Positions 19,072 through 27,312 of a DNA stretch of 64,000 nucleotides are shown piece after piece. The notes below the pieces were generated by a model. It was not told the origin of the DNA and did not search any database. It was given only the letters and a program-made list of their open reading frames with translations. The position numbers were made by a program, and so were the translations under genes. Numbering within the stretch: position 1 is the first letter of the stretch; each line of letters begins with the position of its first letter. The stretch is from Gemmatimonadales bacterium (lineage in GTDB: Bacteria; Gemmatimonadota; Gemmatimonadetes; Gemmatimonadales; GWC2-71-9), in the NCBI GenBank assembly GCA_035280265.1, contig DATEGE010000194.1:486-64485 (forward strand), read 5' to 3'.

Positions 19072-20393
19072 TGCTCGCGCTGCTCGCCATGCTCCAGCTG
19101 CAGGTGGCGGAGACCCCGCCCCCGCTGCGCCCCACGGACTCACTGCCGGTCGTGACGCTGGCGGAGGCTCTGCGCCGGGCCACGGGCCTCGACCCCAACT
19201 ACGTCGCGGCCGCTGGTCAGGTGGACAACGCGGAGTGGGCGCGACGGAGCGCATTCGCCGTCTTCATCCTGCCATCGATTACGCTCGGCACGGACGTCGT
19301 GTGGCAGAATCCCAAGACCATCTTCTTTGCCGCGTGCACCAGCTTCACCAGCTGTCCGCAGGCGCCCCGTCAGGTGACGTCGCAGGTGACCGCCAGCTAC
19401 GATCTCTTCTTGGGAGGGCGCAAATTCTCGGAGCTGTCGCGGTCGGGAGCGGCGCTGGAGTCCGCCCAGGCGAACGAGCTGGCCACCCGGTTCACGGCGG
19501 CGCAGCGCACCGAGTCCACCTACTATGCGGTGCTCGCGGACGCCGAATTGCTGCGGGTGGCGGGCGAGCGGCTGCAGCGCGCCGAGCAACAGCTCGCCGT
19601 GGCGCGGGCCCGTGTCGTCTCGGGGGCGGCGGTGCAAACCGACTCGCTCCAGCTCCGACTGGAGCTGACCAAGGCCCGGGTGGGCCACCTGGTGCAGGAG
19701 GCCGCGTTGCGAATCGCGCGGCTCGAGTTGGGACGTCGCGTGGGCACCTCCGGTCCGGCGGACGCGGCGCCGCTCGATACCGCACCGGCGCCGGAGCTAC
19801 CCCTCGCCCTGACGGACGCGATCACGGAGGCCGCCACGCAGGGGCCGCAGTACCGCTTGGCGAGAGCGAACGAGCGAGCGGCAGGTGCCGCGTTCCGCGC
19901 CAGGCTGGGTGAGTACCTCCCGAAGGCGACGCTCAGCTTCAATGCGCTCGCTGGCGACACGCTGTTCTTTCCCAAATTCGTCACGCGGACATCCGTCACC
20001 CTCAGCGTATCGTTCCCACTGTGGGACAACGGGCAGCGCGAGATTCGGCTCAGTCAGGCACGCGTGGACCGCGACGTCGCGCAGGCCAGGAGCCGGGACA
20101 TGGATCGCGCCGTGCGGCGCGACGTCACCGCCGCCTACGACGGCTACGTCACGGCCCGCGCCACGGCCCAGCAGGCCGCCGAGGGCCTGCGCGTGGCGCA
20201 GGAGAACTTCCGCGTCCAGCAGAGCCGCTACCGCGCCGGCGCGACCGCCATCCTCGACCTGCTCACGGCGCAGGCCAACCTGGACGACGCCGCCGCGACG
20301 CTGGTGCAGGCACGGTTCGCGACGCGTCTCGCGCTCGCGGGGCTCGAAAGCATCCTCGGCCGACGCCTCTTTCCCGAATTGGAGCTGAAGTGA
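19071..20393 (+). CDS. TolC-family outer-membrane efflux protein
   Basis: Two OEP-type repeats with coiled-coil segments. ATG 19071 shares one nt with the RND stop (TGATG); the longer track start was rejected. Confidence 0.8.
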   Translation: MLALLAMLQLQVAETPPPLRPTDSLPVVTLAEALRRATGLDPNYVAAAGQVDNAEWARRSAFAVFILPSITLGTDVVWQNPKTIFFAACTSFTSCPQAPRQVTSQVTASYDLFLGGRKFSELSRSGAALESAQANELATRFTAAQRTESTYYAVLADAELLRVAGERLQRAEQQLAVARARVVSGAAVQTDSLQLRLELTKARVGHLVQEAALRIARLELGRRVGTSGPADAAPLDTAPAPELPLALTDAITEAATQGPQYRLARANERAAGAAFRARLGEYLPKATLSFNALAGDTLFFPKFVTRTSVTLSVSFPLWDNGQREIRLSQARVDRDVAQARSRDMDRAVRRDVTAAYDGYVTARATAQQAAEGLRVAQENFRVQQSRYRAGATAILDLLTAQANLDDAAATLVQARFATRLALAGLESILGRRLFPELELK

Positions 20394-20404
20394 GCGTTAC
20401 CAAC

Positions 20405-21493
20405 ATGGTGCGTGCTACGTGGTGCGTGGCTCTCGCCGCTGCGACGTTCGCAGCCGGCGCATGCAAGAAGGGCAAGGCGGGCGGCGCTGGAGGCTTCGGT
20501 GGGGGTGGCGCCATGGCCATGCCGGTGGAGGTGGCGGTGGCCCGGAAAGACACGGTGCGGGACGAGATCGCCGCCACGGGGCAAATCGAAGCGGTGCAAT
20601 CGATCGACCTGCGCCCCGAGGTGGACGGGCGCATCGTCGAGATCCTGATCCGCGAGGGACAGGAAGTCGAGTCGGGCACGCCGCTCTTCAAAGTAGACGA
20701 TGCGCAGCTCAAGGCGCAGGTCGCCCAGCTCGAGGCGCAGCGCGACCTCGCTCAGCAGGCCCTGGCACGGGCCAAGGAGCTGGCGCAGCAGAACGCCTCG
20801 TCTGCGGCCGACCTCGAGAAGGCGGAGGCGGAGTCTCGCAGCGCGCAGGCGCAGTACGACCTGCAGCGCATCCGACTGGAACGGACCGTCGTGCGGGCGC
20901 CGTTCGGCGGCGTCGTGGGGCAGCGCTACGTGAGTCTCGGGGACTACGTCACCACGAGCACCAGGCTCGTGTCCCTCCATACCGTCAACCCGCAGCGCGC
21001 CTCGTTTCAGGTCCCCGAGCGGTTCGCGCGTCAGCTCCGTCCAGGTCAGTCCGTCACGTTCCGGGTCGCCGCGATCGCCGGCCGCGACTTCCGCGGAGAC
21101 GTGGAATTCGTGGACCCGGTCGTCCAGCTGCCGGGCCGAACCATCCTCGTGAAGGCCCGCGTGCCGAATCCCGATCGCTTGCTGCAACCGGGCATGTTCA
21201 TCGAAGCGCGCCTCGTGACGGCGGTCCGGCCGAACGCGGTCGTCATCCCAGAGGACGCCGTCGTGCCGACGCAGGGAGAAACCGCGGTGTGGGTCGTGAA
21301 CGACGGCAAAGCCGAGCGCCGCAACGTCGTGTTGGGTGTGCGGACGCCCGGCTTCGTCGAGATTACAAGTGGTGTGGACGCCGGGACGCAGGTCGTAGTG
21401 GGGGGCCTCGAACTGCTCGCTCCTGGCGCGCCCGTGCGTCCCACGGTCGTGGAGCGTCACCCCGCACGCGCCACCGCCTCCGAGGGACGCTAA
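20405..21493 (+). CDS. RND efflux periplasmic adaptor (HlyD/AcrA-type membrane fusion protein)
   Basis: Lipoprotein signal MVRATWCVALAAATFAAGAC, an alpha-hairpin (LKAQVAQLEAQRDLAQQALARAKEL), and barrel domains. An alternative GTG at 20390 overlaps the TolC stop (GTGA). Confidence 0.8.
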   Translation: MVRATWCVALAAATFAAGACKKGKAGGAGGFGGGGAMAMPVEVAVARKDTVRDEIAATGQIEAVQSIDLRPEVDGRIVEILIREGQEVESGTPLFKVDDAQLKAQVAQLEAQRDLAQQALARAKELAQQNASSAADLEKAEAESRSAQAQYDLQRIRLERTVVRAPFGGVVGQRYVSLGDYVTTSTRLVSLHTVNPQRASFQVPERFARQLRPGQSVTFRVAAIAGRDFRGDVEFVDPVVQLPGRTILVKARVPNPDRLLQPGMFIEARLVTAVRPNAVVIPEDAVVPTQGETAVWVVNDGKAERRNVVLGVRTPGFVEITSGVDAGTQVVVGGLELLAPGAPVRPTVVERHPARATASEGR

Positions 21494-21497
21494 GCCG

Positions 21498-21743
21498 TCA
21501 CGCCAGGCCGAGGCGCTGGCGCAGGTGCGCCTCCACGGGGGGCGTGATCACTCCTTGCTTCACCGCGTCGGCGAGCGCCGCAGTCGTTGCGGCGCGGTCG
21601 GCGTCCAGCCCCCGCTCACGCAACTCCTGAATGATCCGGGCGAGCCGGGTGTCGTAGTCCTGCGACTTGAGCGCACCCTTCTCCACCTCTTGCTTCAGTT
21701 TGGCGAGCTCACGCACGAATCGCTGCAATGTGACCGGTGCCAT
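21498..21743 (-). CDS. small hypothetical protein
   Basis: 81-aa helical ORF preceded by GGAGAGGGGA. No family recognised. Confidence 0.5.
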   Translation of the reverse strand: MAPVTLQRFVRELAKLKQEVEKGALKSQDYDTRLARIIQELRERGLDADRAATTAALADAVKQGVITPPVEAHLRQRLGLA

Positions 21744-21830
21744 CCGAATCCCCTCTCCGTTGATCGATTTGCCGGGCAGCGGTCACCAATATACCGACCT
21801 CATCGCATCCCCGTTTGAGTGGGGGCGACA

Positions 21831-22373
21831 CTATGACGCCGGGGCCGCCCTGTCGTCTCCCAACGTCTCGAAGGCACACCACCCGGAATCGGTCCATGCG
21901 ATCGCGAACGACCCCTGGCAGTGAGGGCAGCGGGCCCCGGAGGCATGGCGGGCGAGCGGGGCGCGCGCACAACAATTGGGACACACGCCGTAGGTCGGCC
22001 CCCAGCTCACCGGCGGCTCGGCGACGCCCTTGAGGCGGGGGACGACGGACCAGAGGGCAGGTCGGAACGGCAGGATGAGGAGCAGCGCCCGCGGCACCCC
22101 CACCGGCTGGCCATTCACGTCCAGTATCCCCTCGAGGGACGACAGGCTGAGGACGCGATACCACGCGCCGCGGCGAACTTGACGGCCGGTGCGGGCTCGC
22201 GTACGAGCCCACTGTTGATGAGGAACCACGGTCGCCCTCCAGAGCGTAGAGGTGGTCGCCTGGCTGCTCGGTAGGGCGGCGCCCAAGCTTGTGAAGGGAA
22301 GATAGCAGCGGGCTGTCGGCCAGGTCACACACGCCAAGGTCACCTTCCGCGGGGCTCGAGCCCAGCCGCCCAA
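21831..22373 (-). CDS. hypothetical zinc-ribbon protein
   Basis: The C-terminal part has CPNCC...CPHC (four-Cys ribbon) and strongly G/C-biased third codon positions. The N-terminal limit is uncertain because the alternative frame 21709..22467 looks coding in its upstream part. Confidence 0.4.
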   Translation of the reverse strand: MGGWARAPRKVTLACVTWPTARCYLPFTSLGAALPSSQATTSTLWRATVVPHQQWARTRARTGRQVRRGAWYRVLSLSSLEGILDVNGQPVGVPRALLLILPFRPALWSVVPRLKGVAEPPVSWGPTYGVCPNCCARAPLARHASGARCPHCQGSFAIAWTDSGWCAFETLGDDRAAPAS

Positions 22374-22425
22374 GTAGCCGAAGGCGGGCTGCAGGCGCTA
22401 TGTTCACGGGCGGAGGCAACGGGAC

Positions 22426-23694
22426 ATGACCGAGGCGGCGGCTCCGAATGGCCAGGCTTCGTTCCACGCCGCGTTTCTCGAGCGGCTGGCCGGTGCGTCC
22501 TCCCCTTCCTCAAGCGATGCGCGACTCGGCCGGGGCGCGTTCCTGACGCTCCGGCTGGTCGACCTGCTCGAGGCCGAGCGGGAGGGGTTGCCTCTTGGGG
22601 TCTTCCATTACCAGGTCACGGCGACCGAGCTGTCTTGTCGCGATCTCCCTCACGACTCGACTGAGACGGCGCATTTGTGCGGGCTGCTGCGCGCCACGTC
22701 CGACGCGTACCGCGCGCGCGACGTGCAGCTCGTGGTGCCCGCCCTTTTGGCATACGCGCACTACCTCGAGGACGAGCTGCGGCTCACCGAGGCGCTGGAC
22801 GTCGTGGAGACGGTGTTGCGGGTCGGCGGGGGCGCGTTGCGCGCCGCCGATCGTGTCGCGGCGCGGCTGCGGCTGGCGCGCGTGCTCCGCAAGCTGAACG
22901 AGTTCGATACCGCCGACCAGGCGTACGCTGCGGCGGGCGCGCTGGCGGCGGCGAGCGGAGACCACCACTCGGAGCTGCTCAGCCGAATTGGGCGGGTGCG
23001 CGTCGTCACGAGCCGCGGCAACCTGAAGGACGCCGAGCGATCGCTCCGCGATGTCCTAGCCGACGCCGAGCGTCTGGCCGACCGGGACGCGGAAGCTCGG
23101 GCACGCCAGGAGCTTGCGGTCGTGCTGAGTACGCAGGGCCAACCCGTCGAGGCAATCCCGCAGGAATGGCGCGCGTTCCAACTGTACGACGATGAGCTGT
23201 CCCGCATGAGAGTGCTCACAGACGTTGGGATCATGCTGTTGATGGTCGGCGACGTCGATGGGGCGGAACGCGCATTGACGGTGTGTGCCCGACGCGGGGC
23301 AACTCAAGAAGTCGTCGACAGCGCGTCGATAGAACTGATGCACTGTGCTTCCTACCGGCGAGATCGCGTCGGGTTCGAGCGGTGGCGGGAGCGGTGTGAA
23401 GCGCGGCGTGAACAAATGGCGCCTAACGTTCTGGCGGACTTCTACTTCAAGATGGGAGTCGGGCGAGCGCGGTTCGGTCAGTTCGATCGCGCTTCGCGGC
23501 TCCTCGGGACCGCAATTGCCGTCGCGGAAGACGCGGGCCTGCACGAACTCATGTTCCGAATCGAGCGGGTACGGTGCGGGCTCCGCGACTGCGAACAGGG
23601 TTGCGAGATCACACCCGTTGTGGCCACGGAGCCCGCGTTTCAGAGTGACGCTGTCCGCGAGGTGTCAACCGCCCTCGCGGACCTCGAAGCGTAA
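22426..23694 (+). CDS. cytoplasmic TPR-like helical-repeat protein
   Basis: 422 aa, all-helical repeat sequence, with no signal peptide and no recognisable HTH. Confidence 0.6.
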   Translation: MTEAAAPNGQASFHAAFLERLAGASSPSSSDARLGRGAFLTLRLVDLLEAEREGLPLGVFHYQVTATELSCRDLPHDSTETAHLCGLLRATSDAYRARDVQLVVPALLAYAHYLEDELRLTEALDVVETVLRVGGGALRAADRVAARLRLARVLRKLNEFDTADQAYAAAGALAAASGDHHSELLSRIGRVRVVTSRGNLKDAERSLRDVLADAERLADRDAEARARQELAVVLSTQGQPVEAIPQEWRAFQLYDDELSRMRVLTDVGIMLLMVGDVDGAERALTVCARRGATQEVVDSASIELMHCASYRRDRVGFERWRERCEARREQMAPNVLADFYFKMGVGRARFGQFDRASRLLGTAIAVAEDAGLHELMFRIERVRCGLRDCEQGCEITPVVATEPAFQSDAVREVSTALADLEA

Positions 23695-23717
23695 GCAGAG
23701 CAACTGAAGTCCGCGCA

Positions 23718-23846
23718 CTACTTGCACGTATTGCTGCCGACGTAGTCACACGCGTGGCTTGGACCGGTGGCATCAGCGCAGGCCGACGCGCCGAGAGCGA
23801 ACGACACGATGAGGAGCGCGACGAGGGTGCGAAGCGAGCGCGACAT
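23718..23846 (-). CDS. 42-aa secreted/lipidated Cys-containing peptide (not in ORF track)
   Basis: My translation is MSRSLRTLVALLIVSFALGASACADATGPSHACDYVGSNTCK. GGAGG lies 5 nt upstream of the ATG. The signal peptide has a lipobox-like GASAC and the mature part carries two further Cys. A tandem regulatory motif lies about 75 nt upstream. Coordinates may be off by 1 nt. Confidence 0.55.
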   Translation of the reverse strand: MSRSLRTLVALLIVSFALGASACADATGPSHACDYVGSNTCK

Positions 23847-23921
23847 AACGACCTCCGGGAACCGAGTGAAGGAGTAGGACTGCTGACGCGGAGCTAAGCT
23901 GGCGCGCCCGGAAGGGCTTGG

Positions 23922-23961
23922 TTAGGGCGTTTTCGCGACATCGGGGGGCGTTTTTGCGACA
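23922..23961 (-). promoter_or_regulatory. tandem 21-bp-phased motif pair upstream of the 42-aa peptide gene
   Basis: Read on the minus strand: TGTCGCAAAAACGCCCCCC ga TGTCGCGAAAACGCCCTAA. The distal copy abuts or overlaps the AraC start codon. The proximal copy ends about 75 nt before ATG 23846. Confidence 0.5.
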
Positions 23962-24759
23962 ATGCTGGTGCTAGCGGCTGTCCCCGAAGTCCAATACCAC
24001 AAGCTGCGTAGCGCGGCAGCGACGCGGTTTCCCCTGGTGCACGCCCGGGGCTGGACGGACGCCCTCGCGGCGATTCGGGCTCGCCCGGTCGAGCTGGCGG
24101 TGGTCGACCCCCTGCTGATGGGGGTGGCGAGCGCGACCGAGATCGAGCAGTTGCGGAAGATGTTCCCCTCGCTCCCGCTCATCCTCTATACCACGCTCTC
24201 TCCCAAGACGGCGGCAGTACTCCTCGCCCTCGGCTCGACGGGCATCAGCGACATGGTCCTGTTTCGCTACGACGACCACCCCGCCCGGCTGTGCGAGGTG
24301 CTGATGCACGAGGAGGCGCGGTCGGCGTCGCGACAGCTGCTCGATCAGGTCGCTGGCGTGCTCGCGCCGCTGCCGAGTGAGCTGCGCTGGGTGCTGGAGG
24401 AGGTGCTGCGCGCGCCCGCCGAGCTGCAGACCGTGCAGAAGGTGGCCGCGCGCGCCCGTGTCGATCGCCGCACGTTCGAGCGCTGGTTCGCACGGGTGGG
24501 GCTGCCGTCGCCGCGGCACTTCCTTGCCGCGGCGCGGGTCCTGTACGCCCACCGGCTGCTGCAAGACCCGGGCTTCACCATCGAGGACGTCGCCGAGCGC
24601 CTCGGCTACGCGCAGACGAAGACGCTGCAGGCGCACGCCCGCTCCTACCTGGGGCTGACGGCCGGCGAGATGCGCCTTCGGCTCGAGCCCGCCGAAGCCC
24701 TGGAGCGTGTCGCCCAGGGCTTCATGCCGGTCCGCCAGGCGCGCGCCTCCGCGTCGTGA
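23962..24759 (+). CDS. AraC/XylS-family transcriptional regulator with N-terminal receiver-like domain
   Basis: C-terminal double HTH (RTFERWFARVGLPSPRHFLAAARVLYAHRLL...IEDVAERLGYAQTKTLQAHARSYLG). The N-terminal CheY-like fold lacks the usual N-terminal acidic pair (LVLAAVPE). Confidence 0.8.
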   Translation: MLVLAAVPEVQYHKLRSAAATRFPLVHARGWTDALAAIRARPVELAVVDPLLMGVASATEIEQLRKMFPSLPLILYTTLSPKTAAVLLALGSTGISDMVLFRYDDHPARLCEVLMHEEARSASRQLLDQVAGVLAPLPSELRWVLEEVLRAPAELQTVQKVAARARVDRRTFERWFARVGLPSPRHFLAAARVLYAHRLLQDPGFTIEDVAERLGYAQTKTLQAHARSYLGLTAGEMRLRLEPAEALERVAQGFMPVRQARASAS

Positions 24760-25157
24760 GCGCGGCACCCCTCACCGTCCTCATCGTCGAGGACGAGGCT
24801 CCTCTACGGCAGGTGCTGGAGCGCGTCCTCACCAAGTCAGGCTATCGGGTGCTCGGCGCCGGCAGCGCGGAAACCGCGTACGAGCTGCTCGCCTCGCAGG
24901 TCGCCGACGCCGTGTTGCTCGACGTGCGGCTACCAGCCATGTCCGGCCTGGGACTCTATCTCGCCCTCGTGCACCGCACGCCCGAACTGTCGGGGCGCAT
25001 CGCCATCATGACGGGCGACGCCGACGCTGAGCACGTGCGCGCGTGGCTGGAGCGCAATCCGTGTCCCGTGCTCAAGAAGCCCTTCGACCTGCAACAGATC
25101 CTCGACTGGTTGCGGACGGTGCTTCACGTCCCCAGTCGCGAGCGCGGCAACGCCTGA
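24756..25157 (+). CDS. single-domain response regulator (CheY-like)
   Basis: LIVEDEAPLR...VLLDVRLPAMSG...LKKPF. The GTG start overlaps the AraC stop (GTGA). Confidence 0.8.
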   Translation: MSAAPLTVLIVEDEAPLRQVLERVLTKSGYRVLGAGSAETAYELLASQVADAVLLDVRLPAMSGLGLYLALVHRTPELSGRIAIMTGDADAEHVRAWLERNPCPVLKKPFDLQQILDWLRTVLHVPSRERGNA

Positions 25158-25163
25158 GCCGGC

Positions 25164-25646
25164 ATGGCCGACAAGAGCGTCGAAAAGCTGCGCGCTCTAC
25201 TGAAGAGCTACGAGCAGCGCCGGGCGGGGCAAGCGGAGCTCAAGCCCGCGGTGGACGAAGGTGAACGGCGCCGGCGCGCCTGCGGCGACCGTCTGCAAAA
25301 CGTGGTGCGGTCGGTGCTCCTCACCTTCACCGCCGAGCTGCGGGACGCGGGCCATGAAGCGGCCCTCGACGACCACAGCGAACGGGCGGACGCTTATCCG
25401 TCCGTGGCATTGGTATTCACGCCCCACTCCGCCAGCGGCAACGCGCTCGCCTCGATGCTGGTCTTCAAGTGCGACCCCCGGCGCGGCATCGCGGTCGCGC
25501 GCGACGTGCGCCTGCCGACTTCCAAGGGCCGCGTGGTTTCGACCAGCACCGACCGTTTGGGAACGATGCGGGTGGAAGGCGTGACCACGGAATGGGTGGA
25601 GACCAAGACACTGAGCTTCATCGAGGCGGTACTCAAGGCAAACTAA
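25164..25646 (+). CDS. hypothetical protein
   Basis: 160-aa ORF located 6 nt after the response regulator gene. No family recognised. Confidence 0.5.
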   Translation: MADKSVEKLRALLKSYEQRRAGQAELKPAVDEGERRRRACGDRLQNVVRSVLLTFTAELRDAGHEAALDDHSERADAYPSVALVFTPHSASGNALASMLVFKCDPRRGIAVARDVRLPTSKGRVVSTSTDRLGTMRVEGVTTEWVETKTLSFIEAVLKAN

Positions 25647-25659
25647 GGAGGGATCACGA

Positions 25660-26286
25660 ATGAGGGAACGAGCCGCTGTGTTGCTGATCCTCGTGGCCAT
25701 GCTGTCGTGCGGCGGGGCCCGGCGACCGGCGATCCAGGTACCCCCGCGCCTCGATCTGGCGCCCTACGGACGGCTGGGATTGGTCACCTTCACCGTGGAG
25801 AACGCCAAGGGATCGTTGCACCAGATCGCGACCGAGCGGTTCGCCGAGGAGGTGCTGGCGGCGCAGCCCGGTAGCGAAGTCCTCGAGCTCGGCTCCGCCG
25901 ATACGCTGCTGAAACGGGTGGGCGAGCAGGAGCTGGGGATCGCAGCTGCCCAGGAGCTGGGCAAGCAGCGCGATATCGGCGCGGTGTTCGCCGGTCACCT
26001 CAAGGTGACGAATCCACAGGCGGGCGGCGGGATCGCGGCGCTGGTCACACCCCATCTCGAAGCCACCGTCCGGGTGGATATGAGCGTCCGGCTGCTCTCG
26101 ACCCGCTCCGGCGCCACGTTGTGGCGCTCGAGCGCATGGGCCACGGAAAAGGTCGGCCACGTCGCGCTGGTGGACGGCCAGCTCGACTTTGCGGCGAAGG
26201 ACCCGAAGGAGGCGTACGGGCGGATGGTAAACCGGCTGGTTGCGCTGGTGACCGATGATCTGCGGCCGACCTGGCGGCAGCCGTGA
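25660..26286 (+). CDS. hypothetical lipoprotein
   Basis: Signal peptide plus lipobox (LILVAMLSCG). No family recognised. Confidence 0.55.
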   Translation: MRERAAVLLILVAMLSCGGARRPAIQVPPRLDLAPYGRLGLVTFTVENAKGSLHQIATERFAEEVLAAQPGSEVLELGSADTLLKRVGEQELGIAAAQELGKQRDIGAVFAGHLKVTNPQAGGGIAALVTPHLEATVRVDMSVRLLSTRSGATLWRSSAWATEKVGHVALVDGQLDFAAKDPKEAYGRMVNRLVALVTDDLRPTWRQP

Positions 26287-26344
26287 GGTCGGCCAGGAAA
26301 CCGCCGCGCGGGCCCCGTCAAATCGGGAGTCGCGCGAGTGAGGC

Positions 26345-27241
26345 CTATCGAACCCGCGACAACTCCTCGAACTCCGTTTCCGACAGCTCGAGCGACGCAG
26401 CGCCCATGTTCTCCTCGAGATGCGCCACGCTCGAGGTGCCTGGAATGGGCAGCATCGCGGGCGAGCGCTTGAGCAGCCACGCGATCGCCACCTGCGCGGG
26501 CGTGGCACCGAGCCGCTGGGCGACGCGAGTAAGTGGGCTCTTGGGCCCCGCGAGCCTTCCCGCGGCGAGCGGATTCCACGGCAGAAACGCGAGCCCTTCG
26601 CGAGCGCAGTGCGCCAGCACCGCCTCGTGCTGCCGGTCCGTCAGGCCGTACCGGTTTTGGACCGAGACGATCGGCACCAGCGCGCGCGCCCGCTCGATAT
26701 CCGCCACCGACACTTCCGAGAGACCGATAAAGCGGATCTTCCCTTCTTCCTGAAGACGGATCAGCGTACCCAGCTGATCCGCAAGCGGCACGGCGGGGTC
26801 GATGCGGTGCAGCTGGAACAGGTCGATGAACTCGAGCTTGAGGCGACGTAAGCTGCCCTCGGCGGCGGCGCGCAAGTGTTCCGGACGACCGTTCACGGTC
26901 CAGCGGTCGGGGCCGGGGCGCTCGAACCCCGCCTTGGTGGCGATGACCAGCTCGTCCGGATACGGGTACAGCGCCTCGGCGATCAGCTGCTCGCTCACCG
27001 CCGGACCGTAAGAGTCGGCGGTATCGATGAAGTTCACCCCCAGCTCGACCGCGCGTCGCAGCACGGCGATCGCTTGAGCGCGGTCGCGGGGCTCACCCCA
27101 GATGCCCTTGCCGGTGATGCGCATGGCGCCGAAGCCGAGCCGGTACACCGGGAGCTCGCCGGCCAAGAAGATCGTGCCGCTCTTGGCCGCCGGTGAAACG
27201 TCGGGGGCGCCTGAAAGCGGGGTCCGAGAAGATGTGGGCAT
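26345..27241 (-). CDS. aldo/keto reductase
   Basis: AKR segments [10 protein letters not shown] and [14 protein letters not shown] 27241 chosen; the track's Arg/Pro-rich N-terminal extension to 27532 runs into the ligase gene. Confidence 0.85.
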   Translation of the reverse strand: MPTSSRTPLSGAPDVSPAAKSGTIFLAGELPVYRLGFGAMRITGKGIWGEPRDRAQAIAVLRRAVELGVNFIDTADSYGPAVSEQLIAEALYPYPDELVIATKAGFERPGPDRWTVNGRPEHLRAAAEGSLRRLKLEFIDLFQLHRIDPAVPLADQLGTLIRLQEEGKIRFIGLSEVSVADIERARALVPIVSVQNRYGLTDRQHEAVLAHCAREGLAFLPWNPLAAGRLAGPKSPLTRVAQRLGATPAQVAIAWLLKRSPAMLPIPGTSSVAHLEENMGAASLELSETEFEELSRVR

Positions 27242-27312
27242 GACTCCCGCTAACACCGAGCGACCCGGCCGGGTTCCGGGAGGGGTGTGGCGGCTCCGCG
27301 GCGGCGGCAGGT

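Noticed and set aside
21766-21800. TGCCCGGCAAATCGATCAAC upstream of the 81-aa gene, as another regulon motif copy.
   Set aside because: Aligning it needs an insertion, it lacks the CCCTAG box, and it lies only ~15 nt from the start codon.
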